DNA of 64,000 bases, taken from contig NC_042998.1 of the NCBI RefSeq assembly GCF_006345805.1, positions 165,974,001 to 166,038,000 of the forward strand. Reading direction: 5' to 3'. Below the pieces are notes generated by a model. The model did not search any database, was not told where the DNA came from, and worked only from the letters and a program-made list of their open reading frames with translations. This document shows, piece by piece, positions 1-13,348 of this stretch (the first letter of the stretch is position 1; every line of letters begins with the position of its first letter). The DNA comes from Octopus sinensis. Its lineage: Eukaryota. The position numbers were made by a program, and so were the translations under genes.

Positions 1-42
1 ACCCTGAAAAGGTTAACAAAACTGAAGGTGCATTATTTACAT

Positions 43-328
43 TAACACAACGTTTCGGCTGATATACCCTCCAAGCCTTCTTCAGGTGTCTTGGGGAAAT
101 TTCGAACCTGGGTTCTCATTCCCGAGGTATTTTTTGATGTTAATAATAATAATAATAATAATCACATCAAAAAATACCTTAGGAATGAGAACCCAAGTTC
201 GAAATTTCCCCAAGACACCTAAAGGGTATATCAGCCGAAACGGTGTGTTAACAACAAACAAGATGAAGACAAATATCCATTGAATGTAAATAATGCACAT
301 AATTCCTCATCTCTTAAATGTAGAACTG
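43..328. mobile_element. Penelope-like pseudo-LTR relic forming an inverted repeat around (TAA)n
   Basis: Arms about 43-140 and 164-250 are reverse complements. Carries the CTGAAGAAGGC...GCCGAAACG motif. A homologous copy lies at 23618-24068. Confidence 0.6.
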
Positions 329-2609
329 AAGTTGATAAGTAATTTTTATTTTTCTTCAAACAATTTATTAAAAATTGCAATAGTTAATGTTTACAGTTTC
401 ATTGATGTATGGATTGATTGTTCATGTAAAAGCTGGTTATATTCCTAGGAGATAGATCACCTTAAAGGTATGGAGCACTTTACAGAACCTGTAATGTACT
501 AAGAGATTTAATTCAATCTACAAAACGCTGGATATTACATATGTGTGAAGAGTAATGCTGACAAGCAGCCTTACAATTCGATATAAGCCTGATATTCTAA
601 ACAAACATTTAGATCAGTGCATATATGTTTGAGACTTGTGAAAAAAGCTGTTAGCACCACAATTTGTCATAGAGAAAAATCCAGCTCCAGGCAACAGGTG
701 TCAGAATACCAAGCCATCTCACAGTGTCTTCCAGTGGAATAATAAATGCATTTCAAACTGTTTGGTTATCATCTGCATGAAGTACAACAAGGGAGACAAC
801 TTAGAAATGACTGTGCTATGGCTTCTATAGAAAATCAGTATAAATTATAAAGTGATTAAATGCAATGCCAAATAGGCTAGAATAAAAAAAAAAATGTAGT
901 AGGCCAGAGGATGCCATAAGATGACTTGGTGTTTTGACACATATCGCTTAAAGTGAGATTTTTCTCCATGGCAAATTGCATTGGAAACAGGTGTTTTTAT
1001 AGGTCAGATATGTCTCAAAACATATTTCAACTGATCTAAATATTTGTTTAATTCACAATCCTACTTTCATATGCCTACTACATATCTGATATTCTGATTT
1101 TGAAATTCAATAAGACAATTTCAGATTCAGGGCAACCAAATATTACATGAGAAAATTAAAGAGGTGTGAGCTATGAGATAGCTAATGAGAAATTAAATAA
1201 AATGGAATATGAACCAGATGACATCAAAAGAAACAATTAGTTTTTTTTTTTTTTTTCTTTTTCTTTTTGTTACTGACCTCATATAGTTGCATACTTTGAT
1301 TTTCAACAGTCTAGCCAAACATCGAAGACAAACTAAATTGTTAAAAGACAGGTGTAAGTAGTTAACACATTAAAGCAAAATGCATGAACATTATTGATAT
1401 TTAATTAAAAATATAATTTAACTATTTATTTTTATAAAATGTTGAAAACCTTTTGGGTGTATATTTTTAAGAATATTTTATTTGTCTCCACCAAATATGA
1501 CAGTCATTGGTTGTTTGATATTTTCAACTCATAGAATTAACCAACAATGGTTTATTAAATCTATTGACATCACCAGGGGATATATATTATAGGAATAATT
1601 TGCTGTAGCAGCTTCCTGTTTCAAGCCAACAGGCACAGTGAAACTCTGTACTGCAAGCTAACAAAACATTGGTCAGTTATGAGTGTCCTTTAGGATATTT
1701 GGTGTTGAATTCAAGAGGTAAGGTGGTCGAATGTAGGTGAAGGGAAAGCAAAGAATGTTGATGGTGGGACAGATACGAGTTGGAGGGTTGGAGATCCTCT
1801 CAATAGTGCAGTGGCACCAATAGTTGGTTAGGAGTAGAGGATAGCAGATTTGGTATGAGTGAGGTTGGGATGAGATGGAACCTATGTAAGAGTTGGAGTC
1901 AGTAGGTGTATAAAAGGGCAGAAGTGTAAAGGCTGGTGTGCGCAACAGAGATAGAGATGTCCTAGAAGTTTACAGAGGTAGTGGAGACAATGGATATGAA
2001 ATCTAGCGGGGCAGAAAGATCCGATCCAAAGAGTCTTAACAGAAAAAAGCTCCCACAAAAAAACCACAGCAAAATAACATGCAAGTGTACAAAGTATATA
2101 ATTATGTTGTGAAGAAAGGACAGAAGGGCATTCAAGTATCCAGAAATGAAAGAAAATTAGGAAAAAATTATAGGAAAGGTAGTGTTATTTGTAAGGAAGG
2201 TGGCAATATGATGTATGAAAAGATAAAAGCAGAAAAGAAAGAGAGGAAAAGTGTATAGATGGGAAAATGAAATGATAAAGCTGACTTACATAGACACTAC
2301 TTCTGTGGCACTCAAGAGTTTTTAACTTTTTTTAATATTGACTTTAGAATAATTGATTCTTACACTGGTAAATGCCATGAAGTTGTGGGAAAGTTGCTAT
2401 AGTCAACTGCATTGGCCAGTAAACACTTCACTTATATTTAATCGACAATGACTAGATGACAAGTAAAATCAACTCTGACAGGGAAGCAAAAGCTGGAACT
2501 GAAGGGCTTTACCCTTTCATTAACAACCTGCCTAAAACCGCCCCCAAACTCTTTTGGTTCATCTTACCAAACCACACAAATTTGCCTGAAATGACCCATT
2601 CACATTTAA

Positions 2610-2830
2610 CCCTTTCATTACCAACCCGGCTGAAATCGCCTCTGGCTCTGTAGTACAAATGTCTTGTTTTCATAAGTTTTGAATTAAAATCTTCCACCAA
2701 ACCTTAGTCACAATTTATGTTCCTAACACTAGCTGAATGATAACTAAGTTATTTTACTAAATTCTTTGTTATATATAAAGTAACTAAAAGAAACACAGAG
2801 CATCTCAAAATAAATACAGTAATGAAAGGG
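2610..2830. mobile_element. piggyBac-like MITE
   Basis: TTAA|CCCTTTCATTAC...GTAATGAAAGGG|TTAA. Confidence 0.8.
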
Positions 2831-3185
2831 TTAAATGAGAATTTAAGTGCAAATCTCATTAACATATTCATGGAAACAAGTGATTTCACTATATAAACAA
2901 TTGGGTTACATTGTCCGACATAATTTTTCATAATATCTGAGCTCTGCAACATTTTGGAGATTTTTTTCCCCACATTTTTCCCTAATTCAATTTTCTGAAA
3001 CTTTTTACTATGGGTGAAAAATGAATACTGGTTTCATATTGTCAAGTAGCGAGTTTGAATTTGAAGGATTTTTGAAAGAAGCCAGAAAAATCTAGCAAAA
3101 TAAACGGCAAACATAAAAACCATATGTGTGATTATGAATCAGATATTTCAATTTCCAAAATTGAATGAAGATGTGTAATGGGTCA

Positions 3186-3702
3186 GAATGGAAATCGATC
3201 AATGGAAATTGCAGATGTGTTACCAGTGCCGGTGGCATGTCGAAACTCTACTTGTGAAGACCCGTTGAGGCAAGTGAGGATCAGAATGGAAATCGATCAA
3301 TGGAAATTGCAGATGTGTTACCAGTGCCGGTGGCATGTAAGAGAACCTTCCGTTTCACGACCGTTGCCAGCACCGCCCCGTTTCGTGTCCGTTGCCAGCA
3401 CCGCCCCGTTTCGTGTCCGTTGCCAGCCTCGCCTGGCCCTTGTGCCGGTGGCACATAAAAAGCACCATCCATTCGTGGCCGTTTGCCAGCTCTGTCTGGC
3501 ACCTGTGCAGGTGGCACGTAAAAAGCACCCACTACACTCACGGAGTGGTTGGCGTTAGGAAGGGCATCCAGCCGTAGAAACACTGCCAGATTTGACTGGG
3601 CCTGATGAAGCCTTCTGGCTTCACAGACCCCAGTAGAACCGTCCAACCCATGCTAGCATGGAAAACGGACGCTAAACGACGATGATGATGATGATGATGA
3701 AA
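3186..3702 (+). mobile_element. RTE 3' UTR fragment with duplicated 5' end and (GAT)n tail
   Basis: AGCACCCACTACACTCACGGAGTGGTTGGCGTTAGGAAGGGCATCC...(GAT)n. Segment 3186-3240 is repeated at 3283-3337. Confidence 0.8.
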
Positions 3703-5218
3703 TGATTTTGACAATAGATCCAATAGCGATAGAAAAAATTAATTGTAACTTTGCTACCATCTGTAAAATGGTTGTAGAGGAAAAGAAAAAGCAGAAATTA
3801 CATAGAGTGAGTAATGTAAATAATGAAAATACAAGAGGTGTAGTGAGATCACAGGTAAGGTAGACAGAGAAGATAAGACTTTATATGCAGCAGGTGTACT
3901 GGAGCAATACAACCTAAGAGCACCCGTGAAATAGATTCTCTCAAATGCTCAGACAGTTCCTAGAGCAGCTCATAGTTTTTATTACTAAATGACCAAATTA
4001 GCAGTGGGGGGTAGGGTTCTGAGAATGCAGTGATCAGAATCAGAAAAGGTTGAAAAAGTAGATTATATGATGCTTGTGTACAAAGTGCAATGCTGAAGGT
4101 ATTGAGACATGAACCTTGAATGCAGAGGAATGCAAAGATTAGAAAAGAAATGAAGTCACCATGCTTTACTGCATATGTAATGTTAGTGTACAAGAATTAC
4201 GGAGTACAAATGAAATGAAAGTAAAATGGATTATAAGAGGAACAAGGAATGATATGCAAGTGAAAAGTCTGATTTGATATGAGCATGTGATGTGTATGGA
4301 AGATATGAAAAAAAGAGCTGTATGCTCAAAGTGAATGGAACCAAAGTGATTGGAGCAAGAGAGAGACCAAGGGACAAAGTAGTGAAGACTGGTCTCACAT
4401 CACAAAGGAGATGATAAAAGACCATGATGATTGATGATAAATGATACTGGAGAAGATACATGCGTAGATATATCTATGCAAGCATAATAAAACATCTGCT
4501 AAAATGTAGGCAGTGATGGAGGCTGGGATATATAATATACATTTATACCTGAGTCTCCTATCTATTTTGTACTTACTAAGTCTCTATCTAATTACTCCTC
4601 TTGTCAATTTGATACCATCAAATCTCTCTATAATTCATCTTTCATTCACTGCACCATACTGCCTTCATACTCTCTTACTGCCAACCATTTCTGTAACTAC
4701 CCATTACACATCTCTTTCTTACCTGCATGCATGTAAGCTGCAACTAGCAACTGTCTCCCATCATGATGCCTGTATAACGAGGGTCTGCATCAGATCTAAT
4801 GATTTCCATTTACCCTTTTGTGCTGCTTGTCATCATTCCCTCTCAGCTCACTGTTTTTTATTGACATCGCACACTCTCTTGCAATTGTTATCTAAATTAT
4901 ACATCACTTGCACTCTACTAGTAAGATTATCTCCACCTTACAGCCAAGTTACTTATTACTGACATCCATCATACTCTCCATTTCTCCCTTTTTGTCATCT
5001 CTCCCTTTTCCTCTTTTACCTGCAAACATGTAGTGTATTTCTTTTCATGATTAAGATTTTAAACAATGAATAAAGGAAGCACAGAATATACAATATTTAA
5101 TATGGGAGCTAGCATACTTGATGTAGTGAACCAAGAAATCTGAATGAATATTATGAATAATGACATCCATTACACAAATGACTTTGATTAATGAGTGATT
5201 ATAATTGATGTTTTGATC

Positions 5219-5348
5219 TTATACATTGAATTTATCTGCACAAATGCTGTGTCCATATTCTTCATATTGATGCTTGGTGACAACCATAGATGAAAATTTA
5301 GGATCAGAAGCCAACTGTGCACCTCCATGCCAAGCATAAGTCTGTGGA
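5219..5348 (-). CDS. ACTR6: ACTR6 terminal coding exon 12 (PQTYAWHGGAQLASDPKFSSMVVTKHQYEEYGHSICADKFNV*)
   Basis: Acceptor tttcag, stop TAA at 5221-5219, 130 nt. Contains the AW.GG and YEE.G...C C-terminal motifs. The 12 exons sum to 1191 nt. Confidence 0.95.
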
Positions 5349-5922
5349 CTGAAAAGAAAATTGTGAAAATGAACAAAGTAATATAACATTTAGGAAAAGT
5401 AAAGAAAAAATTATTAAAACAATAAATAGATGAACATTAATATTCCTTATATCCTGATTTGTTTTTTATGGATGACGAGAAATGAACAGCATTGCTTTTA
5501 TGATGGTGATACTTACAGCTATCATGTGATGTTGAAACAAGTCTCACACACACACACATGATGGACTTCTTTCAGTTTCATCTACCAGATTCATTTACAA
5601 GGCTTTGGTCAGTCCAGGGTTATAGAAGATATCTGCCCAAGGTGCTGCACAGTGGGACTGAACTTGAGACCATATGCTTGGAAAGCAAGTTCATTAACCA
5701 CACAGTCATACCTGCCTAACCTCCTACTTTTTGTTTTTTCACTGTGTAACACCTTTTCTCCTGTGCTAACATGGATTAGATATTTCATATGGTTGAAATA
5801 TTTGTGTACACAACTCGATGTCTTTCTTGTCATAAGCAATTGAGTACAAGTGGAAATTTTGCCAACTTAGTAACCACTAAACAGATGTAGTAGTAAAGTT
5901 TGAAATATGAATTACTCATTAA

Positions 5923-6554
5923 TCTATATATATAAAGCTGAAGTTGTCTGTGTGCGTGTGTGTGGCAGGTTTGGTAGCCTTCAACTAACACTATCTCCTT
6001 GGAGACCCTGCAGTGCAAGTTGACCAAAATTGAGAGTATGATAGAAGAAGGCTTGCTCTTCATTCCGTAGAAGAAAAAATTCAAATCAGACCATGTTAAG
6101 ACCAAAAATTATTTACATCAAAAAGGTGCTTTTTCTATGAAAATCCCTATTTTTTACAATTTTTTTACTGCTGTGTCACCATTTTTCGGTGTATTTCAAC
6201 CAGAAAAATGTTCACTTAAAGAGAATAACAAGCTACATAATGCAAAATTTTTACTCTTCAAAAGTTCCAATTTTAAAGGGTCGAAAAGAATTTCTTTGTG
6301 GTGTCATTGGTTTTGAGTGAAAGACAGATCAACTGATCCAATGCAGAGGAGTAATGTTCGCTGCATGAATGCACTAATTTTCATGGTCGTCAGCTGCTAC
6401 ACCGTTGAGTAAAATTCAGCAATTTCAATCAATTTTTTGTGAGAAAAACCAATTGCTTTAGCGTAAGACAGAACGTTGTTAACGCGACATCAAAGTCTGC
6501 CGTTTTAAGCGCAACTAAAAAACAAACCCAAGCAACGCCGGACTTTACTGCTAG
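5923..6554 (+). mobile_element. Non-autonomous Helitron-like element
   Basis: A|TCTATATATATAAAG 5' end. 3' end CCCAAGCAACGCCGG (hairpin relic) followed by CTAG|T. Confidence 0.75.
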
Positions 6555-7109
6555 TATATATATATATATATATATTCTTTTACCTGTTTCAGTCATTTGA
6601 CTGTAGCCATGCTGGAGCACTGCCTTGAAGGGTTTTAGTCAAACAAATCAACCCCAGGACTTTTTTTTTAAAGCCTAATATTTATTCTATCAGTCTCTTT
6701 TGCTGAACTCTGAACTTCTAGGTTATGGGGACATAAATACTCCAACACTGGTTGTCAAGCAGTGATGGGGGTGGGGGATAAACAGAAAGACACACACACA
6801 TATATATAATCTTGAACATCTTCTCTTCTCCATCTTTAACAGTTTGTTGAGTTTCTATAGGATACTTGTTCTATAAATTCTCATAATACACTTTATACTT
6901 GTAGCATTTTCATATTCGCAAAATTCTTACAACAGTAAGCTACCAATGAAATAATGAAAAATCTTTATTAGAAATTGACCTTTGGAACCCTCCAAAGCAA
7001 AGGATGAAATAGAACTCAACCTTTTCTCATATATATATATATTAATATTATAACCCGATTTCATTCATGTCTGCTTGGGCCACATTTTAAAGATGAGGAA
7101 TTTTGCTCT

Positions 7110-7450
7110 AGAGGCCATGCCTTTCAATTGAACAAACTCAAAGTTGCCATGCAAACTCCCTAGCACTTTTAACACAGGTGTGCAAATTTTAAGGTCAATC
7201 TGACCAAGTTTACTAACACTTTTGCCAGCACAACTACTTGTGAGACAACGTCCCCGCTTTTCACAAAAAATAGTAGATTTGCCCAAGAGGCCACCCCTTT
7301 CAATTGAGCAAACTCAAAGTTGCCATTCAAACTCCCTGGCACTTTTAACATAGGTGTGCAGATATTCAGGTCAATCTGACCAAGTTTACTAACACTTTTG
7401 CCTGCACAACTGCTTGTGAGACAATGTCTGCCCTTTTCACAAATATATAG
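7110..7450. repeat. Tandem dimer of an about 176-bp unit
   Basis: AGAGGCC...TTTCAATTGA recurs at 7110 and 7286. Confidence 0.85.
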
Positions 7451-8469
7451 TAGATATATATACATACAACCAATTTCTTTCAGTTTCTGTCTACCAAATC
7501 CACTCACTAGGCTTTGGCTGTCTCAAGGCTATAGGAGAAGACACTTGCCCAAGGTGCTGTGCAATGGGACTGAACCAAGAACCATGTGAGTGGGAAGCAA
7601 GCTTCTTACTACACAGCCATGCCTGTGCTTATTAAGTAATAACTTCATAAACTCCTCCAAATTGATCAAAACGTCAGTGTAATCACTAATTAATAAACAT
7701 ACATCTTGGAGCAATTGTTAAATTATCGGTTTAATTTCTATATGATTGCAAAAATCGTTACTATCATCATTTAATGTTCACTTTCCATGCTGGCATGGAT
7801 TAGATGGTTTGACAGGAGCTGGCAAGCCAGAGGACAGAACCAAACTCAACTGTTAGCTTTGGAATGGTTTCTACAGTAACACAAATTTTGATATCAAATT
7901 CAAATACTGAAGCAGTTGGTATTCAGCTGGTTAATGTTCATAGTACTCACTATTTCAACCGTAAAACAGACAGAATACCTTTCGTTTTCAACTATACTGA
8001 CTGAGGAAGTAAAATAATATGCAAGAATATGAGTTCAAAATACTAACAGTAGTAATATAAAACTCCCTCATGAACACACAGGCAAACTGTCTCTTCACTC
8101 TACCGACTACATTGCTCCACAATGGCTCATATTCATCATGGGGGTGGGGGGTGGGGGCAATTGCATACCACCTCTATCTAGATCCAGCTCAAATACTCAT
8201 CTCTCTGCCTTTCTTCACTTATGCTGTGCCTGTCCTTGTCTTCTACACTAATTACAAAGTCCAATAGGTAATTTTTACAGAATGTCAACCCTCTGGAATT
8301 CCCTTCAAATAAACATAAACTGCATCAAATCTCATGGAGGACATCCAGCCATAGAAACCTAACCAAAGTAGACACTGGATTCCAATTCAATCCTCTAGCT
8401 AGTCAGGTCTTATCGTAATACCCAGCTCATGCTGACATGGAATATATACATTAAATGATGATGATGATG

Positions 8470-8822
8470 TTCTTTATCTTTTACTTGGTTCAGTCACTGG
8501 ACTGTACCATGCTGGGGCATTGCTTGGAAGGATTTAGTTTAACAAATCGACCCCAGTACTTACTTTTTAAGCCTGGTACTTATTCTATCAGTCTCTTTTG
8601 CAAAACTGTTAAGTCACAGAGACATAAGCAAACCAATGCCAGTTATCAAGTGTTGGTAAGGAACAAACATAATACATAAAATACATACCATCAACCAAAT
8701 ACACTCAAAAGGAATTGGCCAACCAAGGGTTATAGAAGACACTTGCCTAAGGTGCTGTGCAGTGGGATTGAAACTAGACCCACATGGTTGGGAAGTAAGC
8801 TTCATAACCACACAGCCATGCA
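8470..8822 (-). mobile_element. tRNA-derived CORE-like SINE
   Basis: Reverse complement of the same family. Further partial copies near 5545-5717, 6584-6800, 7470-7627, 11130-11400, 14146-14347, 17625-17960, 22010-22155, 27140-27300, 33620-33800 and 54890-55035. Confidence 0.75.
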
Positions 8823-8977
8823 ACTGTATATGTAATGGCTACAATGACATTCCCACATTCTAACCATTTCATTTTCCACACACAAAATCTCAAATTATGT
8901 CAGCTGCCAAGCAAATACAACTCTGAAGTAATGAAGCAATAGAGAAACAATTATATTACATAAATACATATCCTTAC

Positions 8978-9040
8978 TTGTCTGGCATGGTTACTTTGAG
9001 ATCATATTCAATGGGGATCATACTTCTCACTTCTTTTACA
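8978..9040 (-). CDS. ACTR6: ACTR6 coding exon 11 (VKEVRSMIPIEYDLKVTMPD)
   Basis: Acceptor tttcag, donor AA|GTAAGG, 63 nt. Phases fit the flanking exons. Confidence 0.9.
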
Positions 9041-9240
9041 CTGAAAAGCAATACAAATGGAAAATAAATAGAAACATCAAAATTTTATCTATTATTTAAT
9101 TAACGCAAAACTCTGTCTGTCTGTCCGGGACCCCAGTATCTCAGTCTACATTTGCTCTACATAGACATATTATATGTATTTGGAATCAGGATGATCCTGG
9201 ATTGAAAATCTGCCCTTCATTTGGTCCTTGAATATCCAAC

Positions 9241-9562
9241 ATGAATCAGCTGAGGAAGGAAAAGACCAGCCTAAGAAAGCGATGGAAATGTGCTACAGAA
9301 GACGAAAATCCTGGCCTCACACTGCTGTACAATGATTTGTACGTGCAATGACGTATCCGCCAATATGAGCGATGAAAGGAAAGTAAAAGGACTAGGCGTC
9401 ATTTTCTGAAGGACCAGTACAGGTTTACTAAGAAGCTGTTCACTGAACTGAAGAGTGGCACTTTATTGTGTACAAAAGAGGAATTGGACGCTCATATCAA
9501 AGAAACCTACAGCGATATACCCCGTAACCAGCCACTGCCACCTCTACATGGGCTAAAGCATC
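9241..9562 (+). mobile_element. HERO-like (restriction-endonuclease class) non-LTR element fragment
   Basis: Hand translation RRHFLKDQYRFTKKLFTELKSGTLLCTKEELDAHIKETYSD resembles the pre-RT region of these elements. Contains stops. Confidence 0.5.
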
Positions 9563-9936
9563 TCTGTTTGTTTTCACTGTCCTGTTTTTCTTACCAACTT
9601 TGACCCTCTGCAAAATCACAAATTTTATTTAATTTGCTTTGCAGGAGCAACTGCTTTGTCAAAAGCGCATCTTGTCGTGAATTGCTCGAAATATGGAGTA
9701 GAAAAACAGCTGACAACTGATGAAGGGTCGTTCTTTATGTTGCTTGTCTTGTTTTCCATTTGTTTCTTTTGTTGTTCGCAAAAAAAGTTTGTATTCCATG
9801 TTTTCGTATTTCACGTTGTTTCCATATTTCATGTTTACTTTCTGTGATGTCCTGAGCCCATATATGTGTATGTATATGCATATATATGTAAGTATGTACA
9901 TATATGTATGAATATATGTATATATTATTTATATTA

Positions 9937-9981
<45 letters not shown>

Positions 9982-10007
9982 CATATATATATATATCTTG
10001 GCTTCAC

Positions 10008-10235
10008 TTCACTGACAAATATTAGGAAGGCTGTTATCTACGTTATCTGTATGATCATTCATGGATAATAAGGCCGATGTGGGATCGACATATCCAATTG
10101 CAATGATCACAGAGGTATGGTTGTCCTGGGTCTGATGATGCAGCTGCATAATTTTTTCGCCTCTGACATTTGTCTTCAAGAGAGGCACTGCGAGAGAGCT
10201 CAAAGGAGGAAACAACATCGCTGAGCAATACCATA
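10008..10235 (-). mobile_element. RTE/BovB-like LINE C-terminal zinc-finger fragment
   Basis: EDKCQRRK...YLCDHCNWICRSHIGLIIH. Confidence 0.7.
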
Positions 10236-10434
10236 TATATTAATACACATACACACACACATACATATATTAATATATACAGACACACATACATACATAA
10301 ATACATATAGAGGCATGGGTAGACACTTTGGGCAAGTATCTTCTATTGTAGCCCAGAGATAACCAAAGCCTTGTGAGTAGATTTGGTAGATGGAAACTGA
10401 TGGATGTATGTACATATGTGTTCTTGTATGTACA

Positions 10435-10470
<36 letters not shown>

Positions 10471-10867
10471 GACAAACACATGCAATTTTATGTATTTTAT
10501 ATACACCTGCACAAATACATACATGCATCCACATGTGCGTGTATGCATGCTTACTTATAACCATAGATATAGTGTCACCCTGCCCCTGCCTACTTTCCTT
10601 CAACCATGCAACTGATTTCCTGTGCACCACATGGTCAATTTCTTGTTCAGCACGCAGTATTTTCCAAGTAATTGTTGTCGCTGAAATACCAACATCAAAC
10701 TGTGACACTGCATGACCTTTCTCGACCAATCGCAGTCCATCTATTGGTAATACCATCTGACTTTCTCCAACTGAGTTCTCATTCAGATTTCCAATGGCTG
10801 AAGATAAGCATTATCTTATGCTTTGAAACTTTAAGTACCACAGAATTTGAATCAAACTATTTTGATC

Positions 10868-10901
<34 letters not shown>

Positions 10902-11491
10902 AAAAAAATATATGGTGAAAGAATTTGGGATTTTCAATGTGTGTGAAAAGGAGATACCTCAGCAATTGACAACTGATTTGAAGAAGACAACGCTGGAAGT
11001 CTGCTTTGATCTGCAAGAAGCATTTGAAATCAAAGAAGGCATAATTTTTTTCTAATCTAATAACAAGGAAGAGAACATAGGTTTATCTTTGTGATCCAGA
11101 AATGAAGGCTCAGTCTACAGAATCATATCATATTGATCTTGGTACTTATCTTTTTTAATCTGGCATTTATTCTCAGACATAAACAAACCAACACCAGTTA
11201 TCAAGTGGTATGGGGGACAAACACTGACACACACACACACACACACAAATGTATATGACAGGCTTCTTTCAGTTTCCACCAAATTCACTTACTAAGTATT
11301 GGTTTACCCATGGCTATAGTGGAAGACACTTGCCCAAGGTGCCACACAGAGGGATTGAACTCAAAACCATGAGCACGCTTCCTATCCACACAGCCATGCA
11401 AAAGTTTCAATTTACAAACTCCAATGCATGTGAACAGTAACATTAGGTGAAAAATATAAAAGAAAATAATAATAATAAAATCCCAACTTAC

Positions 11492-11567
11492 AAACGTTCT
11501 TTGAAACCAGGAAGGAAGCAATTTCCACCAGTCAGTAGAATATTATTCAACAAATGAGGTTCCATTT
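11492..11567 (-). CDS. ACTR6: ACTR6 coding exon 10 (MEPHLLNNILLTGGNCFLPGFKER)
   Basis: Acceptor tatcag, donor TT|GTAAGT, 76 nt. Contains the NIxLTGGN..xPGF adenosine-binding motif. Confidence 0.95.
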
Positions 11568-11811
11568 CTGATAAGTAAATAATGACAATTCTTACTAATG
11601 AATGTACTAAAGATAGGTTTTTTTTAGAATTGATTCCAACTCTCGTGAGACTTCTAGTTATCCTGTTTTAAAATGAGCTAAATTATCAAGTTGTAACAAA
11701 AGTTCTGTCTGTTTTTTTTTAAGGATAATTATAAGACATGATTACACAAGTCTATGTTCTAAATGATATTAGTAGCTATCTAAATTACTAAAATGTTATT
11801 TCTACTTTCAG

Positions 11812-12352
11812 ATGACACAAATATACACTTCAAGTAAAGTGCACATATGGCATGTTTTACTATTTGAATTCCAGAAGGGGAATACAGCAAGTTCAGTAGC
11901 AAAATCACTCAAAAGCACTTATGGAAATGATGTGGTGAATGAAAGGACCTTCAAAAGAAAGGGTAACTTCAAAAAGGATGACTTCAGTCTAAAAGAAGAG
12001 AAGGACACAATTCTTAGGAATTGCAAGCTACTGTTGATGAAAATCCAACCATTACAACTAGGGAGCTGAGCAAGGAGTTTAATGTGAGTCATATGACCAT
12101 CTACTGTGAAATAATAGAAGGCTTGGTAAAGTCTCCAAGGCAGGAAGATGGATTCCACATGATCTGTCAAAAAACAATCACAAACAATGTGTGGACTGCT
12201 ATGTGTCATTGCATTCCCATGAACTTCAAACATCTTTTTTTTTTTTTAGACAGAATCATTACTAGAGATGAGAAGTGGATTCTCTACAATAATGTTAAGC
12301 TATAATTCAAGGCCTATCCAACAGCCTCAAAGTGGCCTGCATCCAAAGAGGT
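11812..12352 (+). pseudogene. Mariner transposase remnant
   Basis: HVLLFEFQKGNTA..., NPTITTRELSKEFNVSH, FLDRIITRDEKWILYNN. Frameshifted. Confidence 0.85.
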
Positions 12353-12464
12353 TCCTCTTTTTTCTCTCTCACACATACCTCTCTTTCTCTCCCCACTCCT
12401 TATCACACAACTCCTCTACCCTCTATCCTTGCCTTTTTCTCCATGATTGTTAGCACCCACTACA

Positions 12465-12620
12465 CTCTCGGAGTGGTTGGCGTTAGGAAGGGCATCCAGC
12501 TGTAGAAACTCTGCCAGATCAGACTGGAGCCTGGGGCAGCCATCTGGTTCACCAGTCCTCAGTCAAATCATCCAACCCATGCTAGCACGGAAAGTGGACA
12601 TTAAATGATGATGATGATGA
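12465..12620 (+). mobile_element. RTE 3' tail fragment
   Basis: Same tail motif and (GAT)n. Confidence 0.8.
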
Positions 12621-12919
12621 TTAATTATAATTGTATTCTTTGTTGGTTCTGCTTTGGCAGGTAGATTTTCACAATCCTATTTTTATTTCGCACTCTATAA
12701 CCTTCCAAAATAACACTTCCATATTGCTTTATTTTTACTGCCCTCATTAACAATAAAAATACTAGGTGCTAATCTCCTCAATGACATCCTGGTTTGTAAA
12801 TTCTCACTGCATTACAATTCAGGAATATTTCAGAACATTTACAAGCTTACTACTCTCAACTTCTTACCTAGTTGGAAGTACTTGACATCTTGCATCCCTA
12901 TCTAGCCTAGCTTTTATTA

Positions 12920-13135
12920 TTGATTTCAAATTTTTGCCACAAGGCCAACAATTTCGAGGGCGGGAGTAAATCAATTATATCAACCACAGTGTTCAACTGG
13001 TACTTATTTTATCAACTCTAAAAGGATGAAAGGCAAAGTGGACTGCAGCAGAATTTGAACTCAGAACATTAAAAGACGAAATGCCACTAAGCATTTTGCC
13101 AAGCACATTAATGATTCTGCCAGCTCACCACCTGT
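12920..13135 (-). mobile_element. tRNA-derived SINE with Nin/Deu-like central domain
   Basis: Minus strand TTTGCCTTTCATCCTTTTAGAGTTGATAAAATAAGTACC. Homologues at about 15990-16185 (+) and 37205-37380 (-). Confidence 0.6.
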
Positions 13136-13144
13136 TGTTAATGA

Positions 13145-13348
13145 CACATAAAAGGTACTCATACCAGTGACACATAAAAGACATACAGTACACTCTACGG
13201 AGTGGCTGGCATTAGGAAGGGCATCCAACTGTAGAAACCAAGCAAAAACAGATTGGAGCTTCGTGCAGCTCTCTAGCTTACCAGCTCCAGTGAAACCATC
13301 TTATGCATACCAACATGGAAAATGGATGCTAAATGATGATGATGATGA
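13145..13348 (+). mobile_element. RTE 3' tail fragment
   Basis: Same tail motif and (GAT)n. Confidence 0.75.

Noticed and set aside
660-800. Possible plus-strand exon after ttgtcatag
   Set aside because: No recognisable peptide in any frame and no partner exons.
3340-3540. Repeat-spacer-like pattern resembling a CRISPR array
   Set aside because: These are LINE 3' UTR subrepeats in a eukaryotic intron-rich context, with no cas genes.
10055-10306. C2H2-like ORF as a host zinc-finger gene
   Set aside because: It matches the single C-terminal finger of RTE/BovB-like LINEs and has no exon structure.
9735-10715. Many ORFs rich in YI, CV, HT or MYVC (also at 53044-53497, 56561-56841 and 60775-61160)
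   Set aside because: They are translations of (TA)n, (TG)n and (CATA)n microsatellites.
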